Below, piece by piece: positions 40,261 to 49,179 of a stretch of DNA of 64,000 nt. Both the position numbers and the translations under genes were made by a program. Under the pieces are notes generated by a model, which saw nothing but the letters and a program-made list of their open reading frames with translations, had not been told where the DNA came from and searched no databases. Location of the stretch: the IMG/VR virus record IMGVR_UViG_3300037264_003213, positions 1 to 64,000 of that record; one strand, 5' to 3'. The stretch comes from a virus. Position 1 is the stretch's first letter. Each line of letters opens with the position of its first letter.

Positions 40261-42099
40261 ATGATTAATCCTGAAGACTCTATTTGGCAGGGCAAATACC
40301 AGACCCTGCAAGAATACTACAAAGCTGAGTATTCTACTACTTACTACACGCTCTCCAGGTACGAACTGGAGATTGATCCCGACGAGACAGTTGAAGATTA
40401 TAACAACTATGATGCAAATAAGCAACGTATAGAATTCGCAAAATGTGCATTAGATTTTTTTTATTTTGCCAACAAGTACGTTCGCATTTTGCACCCGAAA
40501 AAAGGGGCAGTTCGTTTCATTTGTTATAACTATCAGCATCGGGTTATTAAAGATTTCGAGAAATATCGCTTCAATCTTATTTCTAAATTTCGTCAGGGTG
40601 GCCTAACCACATTGGCGGAAATATGGGGAATGTGGCGATGTATCTTTAAACTAGACCAGCAGATCATGCTACTGTCGAAAACCGACCGTGAAGCTATTGC
40701 GGCTGGTGAAATCATTAATCGTGCGGTCGAACATCTTCCCAACTGGCTCAAACCAAATTGCCTCCAAGGTAAATGGAACGATCACCATAAGCAGTTCTTC
40801 GACACAGGCGGCAGTCTTTACTTCTTTACACCAGAAGCTGCCCGTGGACGTTCTATTACATACTTAATCCTAGACGAAGCGGCCTTTATTCCAGATATGG
40901 ACAAGCACTGGAAAGCTATGTTCCCAACTTTGTCCGCTGGTGGAAATTGTATCGTTATCTCCACAGTTAATGGCCTCGGTAACTGGTACGAAAAAATGTA
41001 CCATAAATCGGAACGAACAGGAAAGCCATTTCATATTCTTGACCTAGAATATACCGAACATCCTGAATATAATGACCCAGCCTGGGTAGCCGACCAGAAA
41101 TCCCAGCTTGGAGAAAAAGGTTGGTTGCAGGAAGTTTTAAGAAGCTTCTTGGGGTCTGGTGAAACCTATATCCCAGCACATCTGGTTGCCAAGCTTGTAG
41201 AAAAAACCCAAAATAATCCGCCAAAACGTAAACTCTTTAAGAAATGGGTTAATACTCTTTTAACTAACGAAGACGATAATGACGAGAGCTTGGAATACGA
41301 TGATAGTTGGGAAAAAGAAGGTGCGATGTGGCTTTGGAAGGAACCGATAGATGGCCATGAATATACGCTCGGTGTTGATACCGCAGAAGGGGTTGGTGAT
41401 GAAGGTGACAATAGCGTAATCGAAGTGTTCGATAATAATACAATGGAACAAGTGGCAGAGTTTTATAGTAATAGGATTCAACCCTACCAGTTCGCCCAAG
41501 TTCTTAATGAAATATCAATTTATTATAACCACGGTTTAGTTGTCGTTGAAAGTAATGGTTCTGGTGGTGCAATTCTGACAAACCTTCAATTCCAGTTGTT
41601 CTATGATAATATTTACTTTGAGAAGGCAACAAGCAAAACTCCTAAATCTGGAATTAAGGTTACAGTAGGGAATCGTCTCCAGGTATTAGAATCATTACAG
41701 CAGCGATGTATTAATGGGACTATTAAGATAAACAGTCGTCGTTTGGTAGAAGAAATTACAACTTTCGTCCATAACCCACAGACAGGCAAGATTGGCGCAA
41801 CCAAGGGTGAACATGATGATGCGGTCATGGCAATTGCGATAGCTCTCTTTGTTCGTGACAGCGTTTTGCGTGACTTGCCATTAGGAACCAGCATACCGAA
41901 GGAATTAACCGATCCTCTTAAATCGGTTTCCTACGAAGAGATTAAGAAGGAAATTTTGGAAGGTGCCCCAAGAGATTTTTTCGAGGAAAACGAGCGATTA
42001 AAGGATTCGCTCCACGGTTCGGATGAGGAGATCATGACTGGCGTAGCTTTCGATTTCAGAAGAAAGCTTGATACATTACTAAAGGAATTTGGATGGTAA
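40261..42099 (+). CDS. Terminase large subunit (T4 gp17-like)
   Basis: YQ adenine motif, KFRQGGLTT Walker A variant, LILDEAAF, ISTVNG, GVDTAEG, VVESN, HDDAVMA. Confidence 0.95.
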   Translation: MINPEDSIWQGKYQTLQEYYKAEYSTTYYTLSRYELEIDPDETVEDYNNYDANKQRIEFAKCALDFFYFANKYVRILHPKKGAVRFICYNYQHRVIKDFEKYRFNLISKFRQGGLTTLAEIWGMWRCIFKLDQQIMLLSKTDREAIAAGEIINRAVEHLPNWLKPNCLQGKWNDHHKQFFDTGGSLYFFTPEAARGRSITYLILDEAAFIPDMDKHWKAMFPTLSAGGNCIVISTVNGLGNWYEKMYHKSERTGKPFHILDLEYTEHPEYNDPAWVADQKSQLGEKGWLQEVLRSFLGSGETYIPAHLVAKLVEKTQNNPPKRKLFKKWVNTLLTNEDDNDESLEYDDSWEKEGAMWLWKEPIDGHEYTLGVDTAEGVGDEGDNSVIEVFDNNTMEQVAEFYSNRIQPYQFAQVLNEISIYYNHGLVVVESNGSGGAILTNLQFQLFYDNIYFEKATSKTPKSGIKVTVGNRLQVLESLQQRCINGTIKINSRRLVEEITTFVHNPQTGKIGATKGEHDDAVMAIAIALFVRDSVLRDLPLGTSIPKELTDPLKSVSYEEIKKEILEGAPRDFFEENERLKDSLHGSDEEIMTGVAFDFRRKLDTLLKEFGW

Positions 42100-42329
42100 C
42101 ACAGCAATTACAGATGGTCAAGGCTCTCTTAGAAAACAGCCCGCCAAACGTAGAGGCTGCTTTACGAGAGTTAGATATTGCAATGGCGGTAGCAATGCAA
42201 GAATATGAAAAATATTCAAAGCTTAAAAGACAGTTAGAAAACGAACCAGAACCAGTGCCTTTTGATTTTGATAATTGGAAGGTTCCTGAGCGAACTGATG
42301 ATGCATTATTGAAGGAATTTGGGTGGTAA
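42093..42329 (+). CDS. Small protein ending in a copy of the terminase C-terminal peptide
   Basis: Ends DALLKEFGW versus terminase DTLLKEFGW. Confidence 0.65.
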   Translation: MVTQQLQMVKALLENSPPNVEAALRELDIAMAVAMQEYEKYSKLKRQLENEPEPVPFDFDNWKVPERTDDALLKEFGW

Positions 42330-42452
42330 ATGAAAAATTACTGGTTAGAGCGTAAAAAAAATAAATGTGGATGTAGTGAAAGACATGTTTCGGATGCTAC
42401 GAAACATGCTATTCGGAATAAATTACTTAAAAAAATTAGAAAGGGCATATGA
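42330..42452 (+). CDS. 40-aa basic peptide (not in the ORF track)
   Basis: MKNYWLERKKNKCGC...; ATG immediately follows the upstream TAA, and its TGA overlaps the next ATG (ATGA). Confidence 0.45.
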   Translation: MKNYWLERKKNKCGCSERHVSDATKHAIRNKLLKKIRKGI

Positions 42453-42823
42453 AAAACACAAAGAATTTGCTAAAAGAGACTTTTGCCTCGATACCGAACG
42501 CTTTTGCGTATCGGGAAATACGATTTCATGTTTACCACGCTTTGCAAAAGCTGGAAACACTAGAAAAAAGAGACGCAGCCAAGCAAAGTCAAGCTGCGCA
42601 ACAGAAGGTATACGAAGAAGAAAAGAAAAAAACACAGGCTTGGCAACCACCAATTTACCAAACCCCTTCCCAAGTACAGCATACTCTTGATATACTAGAC
42701 AAGATGATTGGCGAAGAAAAGAAAGTGATTGAAGACATACATGCTAAGAACGCTAAAAAAGGACAAGTGGCTCCACAAGAGGACGATGACGAAGATGATG
42801 ACCTACAGACCATTCACGGATAG
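42449..42823 (+). CDS. Hypothetical coiled-coil protein
   Basis: 124 aa with an acidic tail. Confidence 0.65.
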   Translation: MKNTKNLLKETFASIPNAFAYREIRFHVYHALQKLETLEKRDAAKQSQAAQQKVYEEEKKKTQAWQPPIYQTPSQVQHTLDILDKMIGEEKKVIEDIHAKNAKKGQVAPQEDDDEDDDLQTIHG

Positions 42824-43367
42824 AAAAACAGGTGTACATCCTTATTCGTCTGTGCAGATAAATCTACCCGCTATTTTAGCTGACCAAATTGTGCAGTGGG
42901 GTCAACAAATGATTGCGGACGAGGATATTTATTGTCCGCTGAATGATCTAATTCATGGGCGGGAAGACGAAATACACATAACGCTACTCTATGGTGTTCA
43001 CACAGAATCATCCTATCAAGCGCAATCAATGTTATCGGGACAAAATCCATTTGAGGTTAGGCTTGGATGTGTTTCAATTTTCACAAACAACAAAGATTTC
43101 GATGTTGTGAAAATTGAAGCAATAAGTCCGAGCCTTTTTTATTTTAACCAACTCTTGAAAACTAATATTCAGAATACGCCGAGCTATAACACTTATCATC
43201 CGCACGTCACTATAGCTTATATTAAAAAAGACTTGTATCAAAATTTAGTGGGAAGTAGTAATTTTAGAGACTGGCGTTGGACGGCTAGTTCAGTCATCTT
43301 TTCTTCTACAAGTGGTGAGAAAACTCCTATAAGGCTTAACACCTTACGACCTGTCCGCTGTTCTTAA
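42795..43367 (+). CDS. 2H phosphoesterase, Acb1/T4 gp57B-like
   Basis: Two HxT motifs, EIHITLLYG and YHPHVTIAY; start reassigned to MMTYRPF. Confidence 0.8.
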   Translation: MMTYRPFTDRKTGVHPYSSVQINLPAILADQIVQWGQQMIADEDIYCPLNDLIHGREDEIHITLLYGVHTESSYQAQSMLSGQNPFEVRLGCVSIFTNNKDFDVVKIEAISPSLFYFNQLLKTNIQNTPSYNTYHPHVTIAYIKKDLYQNLVGSSNFRDWRWTASSVIFSSTSGEKTPIRLNTLRPVRCS

Positions 43368-43920
43368 CTCTATAAAGGCACAATTCATATGCACGTTCAG
43401 CCTCTGCTAGTAACGGTTTAGGCAAATCAAATAAAACTTTATCAGATTTGAATTCTTCAAAAGGCATATCGCTTTGTAGATTCAGTTTGTTTATAAGCAT
43501 TTTAATTCCCTTCTGATTCATCAAATCATCCCACGTCAAGAAGACTGCTCCCTTTGTTTCTCTGGCCATTTCGTAGATTCTCCTGAGTCTAAAGATGTAG
43601 TAGTTAAGGGCGAAGTGAGCGTCGGTAGGTTTAAGAATCTTGATTGAGCTTTTTGGGTCACGAATCAGGTAAATGAATTCACACGCCTGATAGATTGTTT
43701 TGTGTGATATTTGATAGTTATAAAGCACTTCATTGACATATAATCCAGTTGAATTACTATATTTATGTTTGGTGGACAACAAGGACTCGATTGATTCGGT
43801 GGGGTGATCGTAGATTATCCCGTCCTGCATCCACTGGATAATTTTGTTCTGAGCTAGATAGTAACACAGACTGGCACTTCCCGCCCCCAAGTGACTAATG
43901 ACTAAAAGAATTCTTTTCAT
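43336..43920 (-). CDS. Sulfotransferase-like P-loop protein
   Basis: LVISHLGAGSASL, IYLIRDP..S, LTWDDL; divergent PSB loop. Confidence 0.55.
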   Translation of the reverse strand: MKRILLVISHLGAGSASLCYYLAQNKIIQWMQDGIIYDHPTESIESLLSTKHKYSNSTGLYVNEVLYNYQISHKTIYQACEFIYLIRDPKSSIKILKPTDAHFALNYYIFRLRRIYEMARETKGAVFLTWDDLMNQKGIKMLINKLNLQSDMPFEEFKSDKVLFDLPKPLLAEAERAYELCLYRVKNSGQVVRC

Positions 43921-44003
43921 TAATTTTAATAGAGTTACACTAAACTGGAGAAAATTATGCCATATGAACATAACTAATGTAATTAGAAAGACGAGGTATT
44001 TAT

Positions 44004-46568
44004 ATGGCATGGTACGATTTATTTAAGGTTTTCACTTACGCATTTACGCAAGACCCGCTAGCGAAAAAATCTGATGTTAAGAATTTTCCATCAGCAGGTG
44101 TATCTAGTCCAGATTCGATATTAGATTTAAGAAATGCAGAATCGCTCTCACAGGGCGGTGCATTCATCAGAGTGCAAAACGAGTTGGTTGATACAACATC
44201 AGCCACTAATCGAACCAATCGTTACAAAGAATATGACCAATTAGTTTTAAGTGTGCCTGAAATTGAAATGGCTACGACTGTTTTCGCGGATGAAGCATGT
44301 GTGGCTGGCGAGACAGAAGTACAGACCCTTTATTATGGGCCAAAATCAATTGAGTGGTTGGCCAAGAATAAGGCCGAAGAGAAGTTTCCAATCTATTGTT
44401 ACGATTTTGAGAAAGAAGACTACACCATTGGGTGGGCTTTTGCCCCAAGATTTGTCAAGTTTTCAGATACGGTGCAAATTGTGTTTGACAATGGCCAAAC
44501 AGAAGTTGTAACCCCTGACCATGAAATCCTGAAAAGAGACGGTGGTTGGGCACATGCGGGTGGGTTGAAGTTTGGCGATGAGTTAATGCCATTCTATAAA
44601 ATTAGATGTCATCCTCACTACAGCAAGCTAAAAACAGAACAATTCCCAAGGGTTTTCACCTTTAATAAAGGGTGGATTCATGAGCGCCAGTTCATTGATG
44701 AATGGCGTTTAGGGGAAGATCAAGAGCAATACGAGCGTGCTAATCACATTGCACGTTTAATTGCTCAAGGATTTAATAGTAAACAAATCGAACGTCAAAT
44801 AGGTCATAGATGGTTTATAGTCGAAACTTGGCTCAAGAAACATGGATTTACTTACAGAGAAATTAAGCAGCTTGCCAAGAATAAGGATCGCCGCCGTATT
44901 ATCGGTATTTGGCCACATAAGCAAATGGCGGTCTATGATCTTTCTGTTGAGAAACACAAGAACTTTGCTACTACGTCCTGCATTATGCACAACTGCCAAA
45001 AAGACGAAGATGGCAAGTGCTTCAAAATTCAGTGTACGAGTAGTGACATAGTAGACGAATTGAAATTCGTCATGTTTCACCGTGATATGTTGAACCTAGA
45101 TCAGCGCACGATGTGGGACAAAGCCAAGCGATTATTCATCAAGGGCGACCTATTTTGGGAAGTTATCGTTAATCCTGACAATCCAAAGGAAGGTGTCTAT
45201 AAGATTAATGACTTGCCATGCGAAACCATGTTCCGCATTGAAACAATCAAGGGCAAGATTCTGGAGTTCCAGCAATCCAAGGAAGCTCCCGACTACCAGG
45301 CAATTATTAAGTCGCCAATTCAGGGTGCAACAGAAGCAGAATTGCAACAATCAACAGCTATTCGGTTTGCTCCTGAACAAGTAATTCATATTCGTATTGG
45401 TGACTACAGAAAGACGTTCTACCCATATGGCGTATCCCTTATAGAATCGGCTCGCGGGCCTGCCCATCAACTAAGAATGATGGAAGATGCAATGGTTATT
45501 TACCGTCTTACGCGCGCCCCAGAACGCCGATGTTTCTATATTGACGTAGGCCAGCTTCCGCCATATAAAGCGGAGGCTTTCATGGATCGTATTAAGGATC
45601 AATTCAGGAAGAAGAAAGTCCCAAGGAATCAGTTTGCTCAAGGTGGTGCATCGGTAGTTGAAGAAAGATGGCACGCGCCTGCACAGGATGAAGATTATTG
45701 GGTTCCAATTCGTCCACAGTCGAATACTAGAATTGAGACATTACCAGGCGCTCAAAATTTGGGTGAAATTGACGATGCTGTATACTTTAGAAACAAGTTG
45801 TTTACGGCGTTGAATTTCCCGAAGAATTATTTCAGTTTGGAAGACCCAAATGCGACAAGGATTACGCTTTCGGCTCAGGACGTTAAATTTGCCCGCATGA
45901 TCGAAAGATTACAGTCGCATTTGGAAGAAGCTTTGTATCAAATCGCTGACAAACACTTAAAGCTTCGTGGATTCCCACCAGAATCTTACGAGGATTTGAT
46001 AATCAAGATGACGCCGCCTAGCGATTGGCGTGAACTAAGCCGTGCGGAAATTGTAACGAATAGAATCAACAACGCCAACAGCTTGAAGGGGTCACAGTTA
46101 ATGGGCGATTTCGATATTCTAACGAAATGGATGAAATATACCGAAGACGAGTCTAGGGAAATATTAGCTCGTCTCAAGGTGCAGAAGTTGGAAGATTTGA
46201 AGCTACAGATTCTTGCACAGAACCCAACATTATTGGGTGTTGGTATGCCTGGACAGGGCGAACAAGAGATTGGTGGAGAGCCAGGTGGCCCGAATCCAAA
46301 TCTTGGGCCAGACGCAGGAGGTTTGCCAGGCGGGGCACCCGCTCCAGGGGGTCCACCTCCAGGTGGCTTACCAGCAGGTGGAGCAATGCCACCAATGCCA
46401 CCACCACCGCAACAGGGTGATGCTCCAGGCATGATACCTCCTGTTGAGCAGGCGGAACCGTTACCAAAGGTAACGGATCAGGAAACTGTTAAATATGACA
46501 TGGAGATTCAGGATTACGAATCGGAAATAGATGTTGAACCTGTAGACCATACAGATATGGAGGGATAA
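44004..46568 (+). CDS. Portal protein (T4 gp20-like) with an intein
   Basis: LRMMEDAMVIYRLTRAPERRCFYIDVGQLP, EDYW.P, IETLPGAQNLGEIDD..YF. Confidence 0.95.
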   Translation: MAWYDLFKVFTYAFTQDPLAKKSDVKNFPSAGVSSPDSILDLRNAESLSQGGAFIRVQNELVDTTSATNRTNRYKEYDQLVLSVPEIEMATTVFADEACVAGETEVQTLYYGPKSIEWLAKNKAEEKFPIYCYDFEKEDYTIGWAFAPRFVKFSDTVQIVFDNGQTEVVTPDHEILKRDGGWAHAGGLKFGDELMPFYKIRCHPHYSKLKTEQFPRVFTFNKGWIHERQFIDEWRLGEDQEQYERANHIARLIAQGFNSKQIERQIGHRWFIVETWLKKHGFTYREIKQLAKNKDRRRIIGIWPHKQMAVYDLSVEKHKNFATTSCIMHNCQKDEDGKCFKIQCTSSDIVDELKFVMFHRDMLNLDQRTMWDKAKRLFIKGDLFWEVIVNPDNPKEGVYKINDLPCETMFRIETIKGKILEFQQSKEAPDYQAIIKSPIQGATEAELQQSTAIRFAPEQVIHIRIGDYRKTFYPYGVSLIESARGPAHQLRMMEDAMVIYRLTRAPERRCFYIDVGQLPPYKAEAFMDRIKDQFRKKKVPRNQFAQGGASVVEERWHAPAQDEDYWVPIRPQSNTRIETLPGAQNLGEIDDAVYFRNKLFTALNFPKNYFSLEDPNATRITLSAQDVKFARMIERLQSHLEEALYQIADKHLKLRGFPPESYEDLIIKMTPPSDWRELSRAEIVTNRINNANSLKGSQLMGDFDILTKWMKYTEDESREILARLKVQKLEDLKLQILAQNPTLLGVGMPGQGEQEIGGEPGGPNPNLGPDAGGLPGGAPAPGGPPPGGLPAGGAMPPMPPPPQQGDAPGMIPPVEQAEPLPKVTDQETVKYDMEIQDYESEIDVEPVDHTDMEG
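44298..44993 (+). mobile_element. Intein (232 aa) in portal
   Basis: Block A CVAGET, block B VTPDHEIL, block F VYDLSVEKHKNF, block G HN followed by Cys+1. Confidence 0.93.
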
Positions 46569-46810
46569 TGGACATTAGAATGGCACCTAAATTGGCAATA
46601 CATAATAAAGAAAAATTACAAAAGGTTTCTGAGTGTGTGTGTTATTACTGTTACAAAATATTCGCGCCTTCAGATATCAAGGAATGGGTTGATAAAGATT
46701 TAGATACAGCAATATGTCCCCATTGTGCTATTGATGCGGTCTTGCCAGTATATGAAGAGAGCGAGAAGGATATTGTCTTTCTGACAAAGATGCATGAATA
46801 TTGGTTTTAA
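46568..46810 (+). CDS. Small zinc-finger protein
   Basis: CVCYYC..F...I.EW....TAICPHCAIDAVL. Confidence 0.75.
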   Translation: MDIRMAPKLAIHNKEKLQKVSECVCYYCYKIFAPSDIKEWVDKDLDTAICPHCAIDAVLPVYEESEKDIVFLTKMHEYWF

Positions 46811-46838
46811 TAAATCTATATATAGACGAGGAGGTTGT

Positions 46839-47132
46839 ATGCGAAACATATGGAAGTGGTTCATTGGCCTTTTCGACTGTCATCACCATTGCTGTAAGAA
46901 GACATTATCTGGTGAGATCGTGATGGGGTTTGGTTGCTATGAAATAGAAATCAAAGTGCCTGGTGAGCCTTGTAGGGTTTGTTTTGATATTGAAGACGAT
47001 GGAAATTGTGTTTGTCATAACACAGTAAACAAGATTGGTATTACAGTTGGTAAGTGTGGGTTCGTTATCCACGCAGATATCAATACTAATACCTGTTCGA
47101 TAAAATGGCATTGTGAATATAAAGAAGACTAA
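46839..47132 (+). CDS. Cys-rich small beta protein, paralog 1
   Basis: GAGGAGG RBS; similar to the downstream ORF. Confidence 0.7.
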   Translation: MRNIWKWFIGLFDCHHHCCKKTLSGEIVMGFGCYEIEIKVPGEPCRVCFDIEDDGNCVCHNTVNKIGITVGKCGFVIHADINTNTCSIKWHCEYKED

Positions 47133-47134
47133 AT

Positions 47135-47470
47135 ATGGGTCTACTTAAAGGAAAAAATTGGTGGTGGAAATATTTCAAAGCCTTGTTATTTTCCATTTTT
47201 AGTCATGTTCGAGGTAGTATTACTTTAGGACATGGTTATTCTGAAACTGAAATAGTTTTAGACCCAATAATTAAAGCAAAGAGAATTTTCGTTGCTGTGG
47301 AAGCAGAAGACATTCCCGTTTGCGCTGGAGCAGTAGACACTATTGGCGCAATCAAGAAGTGCGACAATATTTTTATATTATATGCCGATATTAAAAGCAA
47401 CACCGCTACGGTATATTGGCTAGTAGACTACACTCTAAATGACGATGATGAGAACATTGATAATATTTGA
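47135..47470 (+). CDS. Small beta protein, paralog 2
   Basis: G.I..G.G..E.EI, VC...V..IG and F...ADI..NT....W shared with the upstream ORF. Confidence 0.7.
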   Translation: MGLLKGKNWWWKYFKALLFSIFSHVRGSITLGHGYSETEIVLDPIIKAKRIFVAVEAEDIPVCAGAVDTIGAIKKCDNIFILYADIKSNTATVYWLVDYTLNDDDENIDNI

Positions 47471-48735
47471 GAAAAAATATGTGGGTGGCTTTAAACAAAA
47501 AAAATATAGTAGCTGCGCTATCGGAACATCCATTTTCAATGACTGGATACTCTGTCCGTCAATTGGATTTAAAAGAACCTAAAGAAAAGTGGCACAGCCT
47601 AATTGGGAAAAAACTTAATTTGGGGGATGCCAAAGAAGTCAAAAATCTAAGAATTGCCTTTGTGTGTAATTGGAATGATAATTGTGGAATTAGCACATAT
47701 AGTAGCTATTTAGTCGATGCGTTAAAAACCAAAGTAAAAGAACTTCATGTATTCTCCGAAAGCGGGTCGGATCGAACAGACGACCCGCCTTACGTTACTA
47801 GATGTTGGAAGCGGGGAACAAGTCTCAAGGGATTGATTGATAAAATTGTTGAATGGGCACCCGATTTTATTATCATTCAACATGAGTTTGGCATTTTCCC
47901 TAAAGCTACTTATTTTCTACAGTTGTTACAGGGGATTGAAGATATCCCTTATGTCGTAACAATGCATTCCGTCTATGAACATTTAGATAAGTCAATTTGC
48001 ACATCCGCAGTGAAAGATATTGTGGTTCATAGTGAAGAAGGAAAGAAAGTTCTCAAGAAGCTCGGTAACGCCAATAATATTTACGTCGTCCCGCATGGTT
48101 GTGTCCAATTCAATGATGAAGACAAAACGGAGTTGTGGAATATATTTCAGACCCCTTATACTATTGTTCAGTTTGGATTTGGGTTCTTTTACAAAGGTGT
48201 AGATAGGGTGCTGGATGCTATTCATTATCTAAAGAGGTCTGATCCTAAATTCAAAGATATATTCTATTGTTATCTCTGTAGTGATAATTACCATACAAGT
48301 GTGGTTCATACTCAGTATTATGATTTTCTTATTAAGAAAATTGATGAGTTAAGTCTTCATGATAATGCTGTTATTATTCGTAAATTCCAAACTGACCAGA
48401 TGATTAAGAATTATTTACGGACGGCTAAAATTGCTGTATTTCCATATGTCGGTGATCCGAAGAACATGGTTTATGGGGCATCGGGGGCAATTCGGATAGC
48501 AATGGCGTGCGGAATTCCAGTCATTGCTAGCAGTTGTCATCAGTTTGATGATTTGGAAGATGTGGTGCCTCGTCCCGCTAATTTTGCAGAGTTGGCAGAT
48601 GAAATTGATGAAGTCTTTAGTAACCACAATCACAGAAAAAGCATCTTGGCAAAATCAGAAGCTTATATGGCTGCCAATACTTGGGGCATTAGTGCGGACA
48701 GATATATTAACTTATATTACCAAATTAATTCTTAA
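47467..48735 (+). CDS. Glycosyltransferase family 4 (GT-B)
   Basis: CGISTYS, IQHEFGIF, VTMH, VPHG, FGFGFFYKG, VFPY..SGAIRIAMACGIPVI. Confidence 0.9.
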   Translation: MRKNMWVALNKKNIVAALSEHPFSMTGYSVRQLDLKEPKEKWHSLIGKKLNLGDAKEVKNLRIAFVCNWNDNCGISTYSSYLVDALKTKVKELHVFSESGSDRTDDPPYVTRCWKRGTSLKGLIDKIVEWAPDFIIIQHEFGIFPKATYFLQLLQGIEDIPYVVTMHSVYEHLDKSICTSAVKDIVVHSEEGKKVLKKLGNANNIYVVPHGCVQFNDEDKTELWNIFQTPYTIVQFGFGFFYKGVDRVLDAIHYLKRSDPKFKDIFYCYLCSDNYHTSVVHTQYYDFLIKKIDELSLHDNAVIIRKFQTDQMIKNYLRTAKIAVFPYVGDPKNMVYGASGAIRIAMACGIPVIASSCHQFDDLEDVVPRPANFAELADEIDEVFSNHNHRKSILAKSEAYMAANTWGISADRYINLYYQINS

Positions 48736-49061
48736 AGTGGCCCACTCATATCTGCGGTACTAGGAGCGACGATATCTTTTTCTTCTGGATTGTTTCCCTT
48801 CCGCAAGTCATTTGGCATAAAATCTCTTTGTTTATCTCTATATTTGCCCAAAATTCTCTTAATATCATCGTCGTGTCTGGCAAGAGTATTGAAGAAATCC
48901 ATTAGTCTTTCTTGATGCCTACTGATGGCCATTTGAGCTAATTTCATTAACATTTCGTCTTCATTCGGCATCGCGTCTATATCACCCAGCGGCTGGTCAT
49001 CTTCTTCGCCAACTTCGCGGGCTTCAACGAACTCTGAAAAACTTTTAATTTTGTCCATCAC
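48732..49061 (-). CDS. Hypothetical protein with a capsid-targeting-like N-terminus
   Basis: MDKIKSFSEFVEARE. Confidence 0.65.
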   Translation of the reverse strand: MMDKIKSFSEFVEAREVGEEDDQPLGDIDAMPNEDEMLMKLAQMAISRHQERLMDFFNTLARHDDDIKRILGKYRDKQRDFMPNDLRKGNNPEEKDIVAPSTADMSGPL

Positions 49062-49179
49062 TTTTTAAGCCTTTTTGCATATCTATGTTAGGTAGATTTA
49101 ATAGTTTCAAAAATTGTACTATTAGCACTATATATCGGGGTAGCAACATAAAGGTATATATCCTTATTAGGAGATAGAT

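Noticed and set aside
42080-42099. Programmed -1 frameshift extending terminase into the next ORF
   Set aside because: The frame relation fits, but there is no canonical slippery heptamer and the downstream ORF has its own ATG with an upstream AAGGA.
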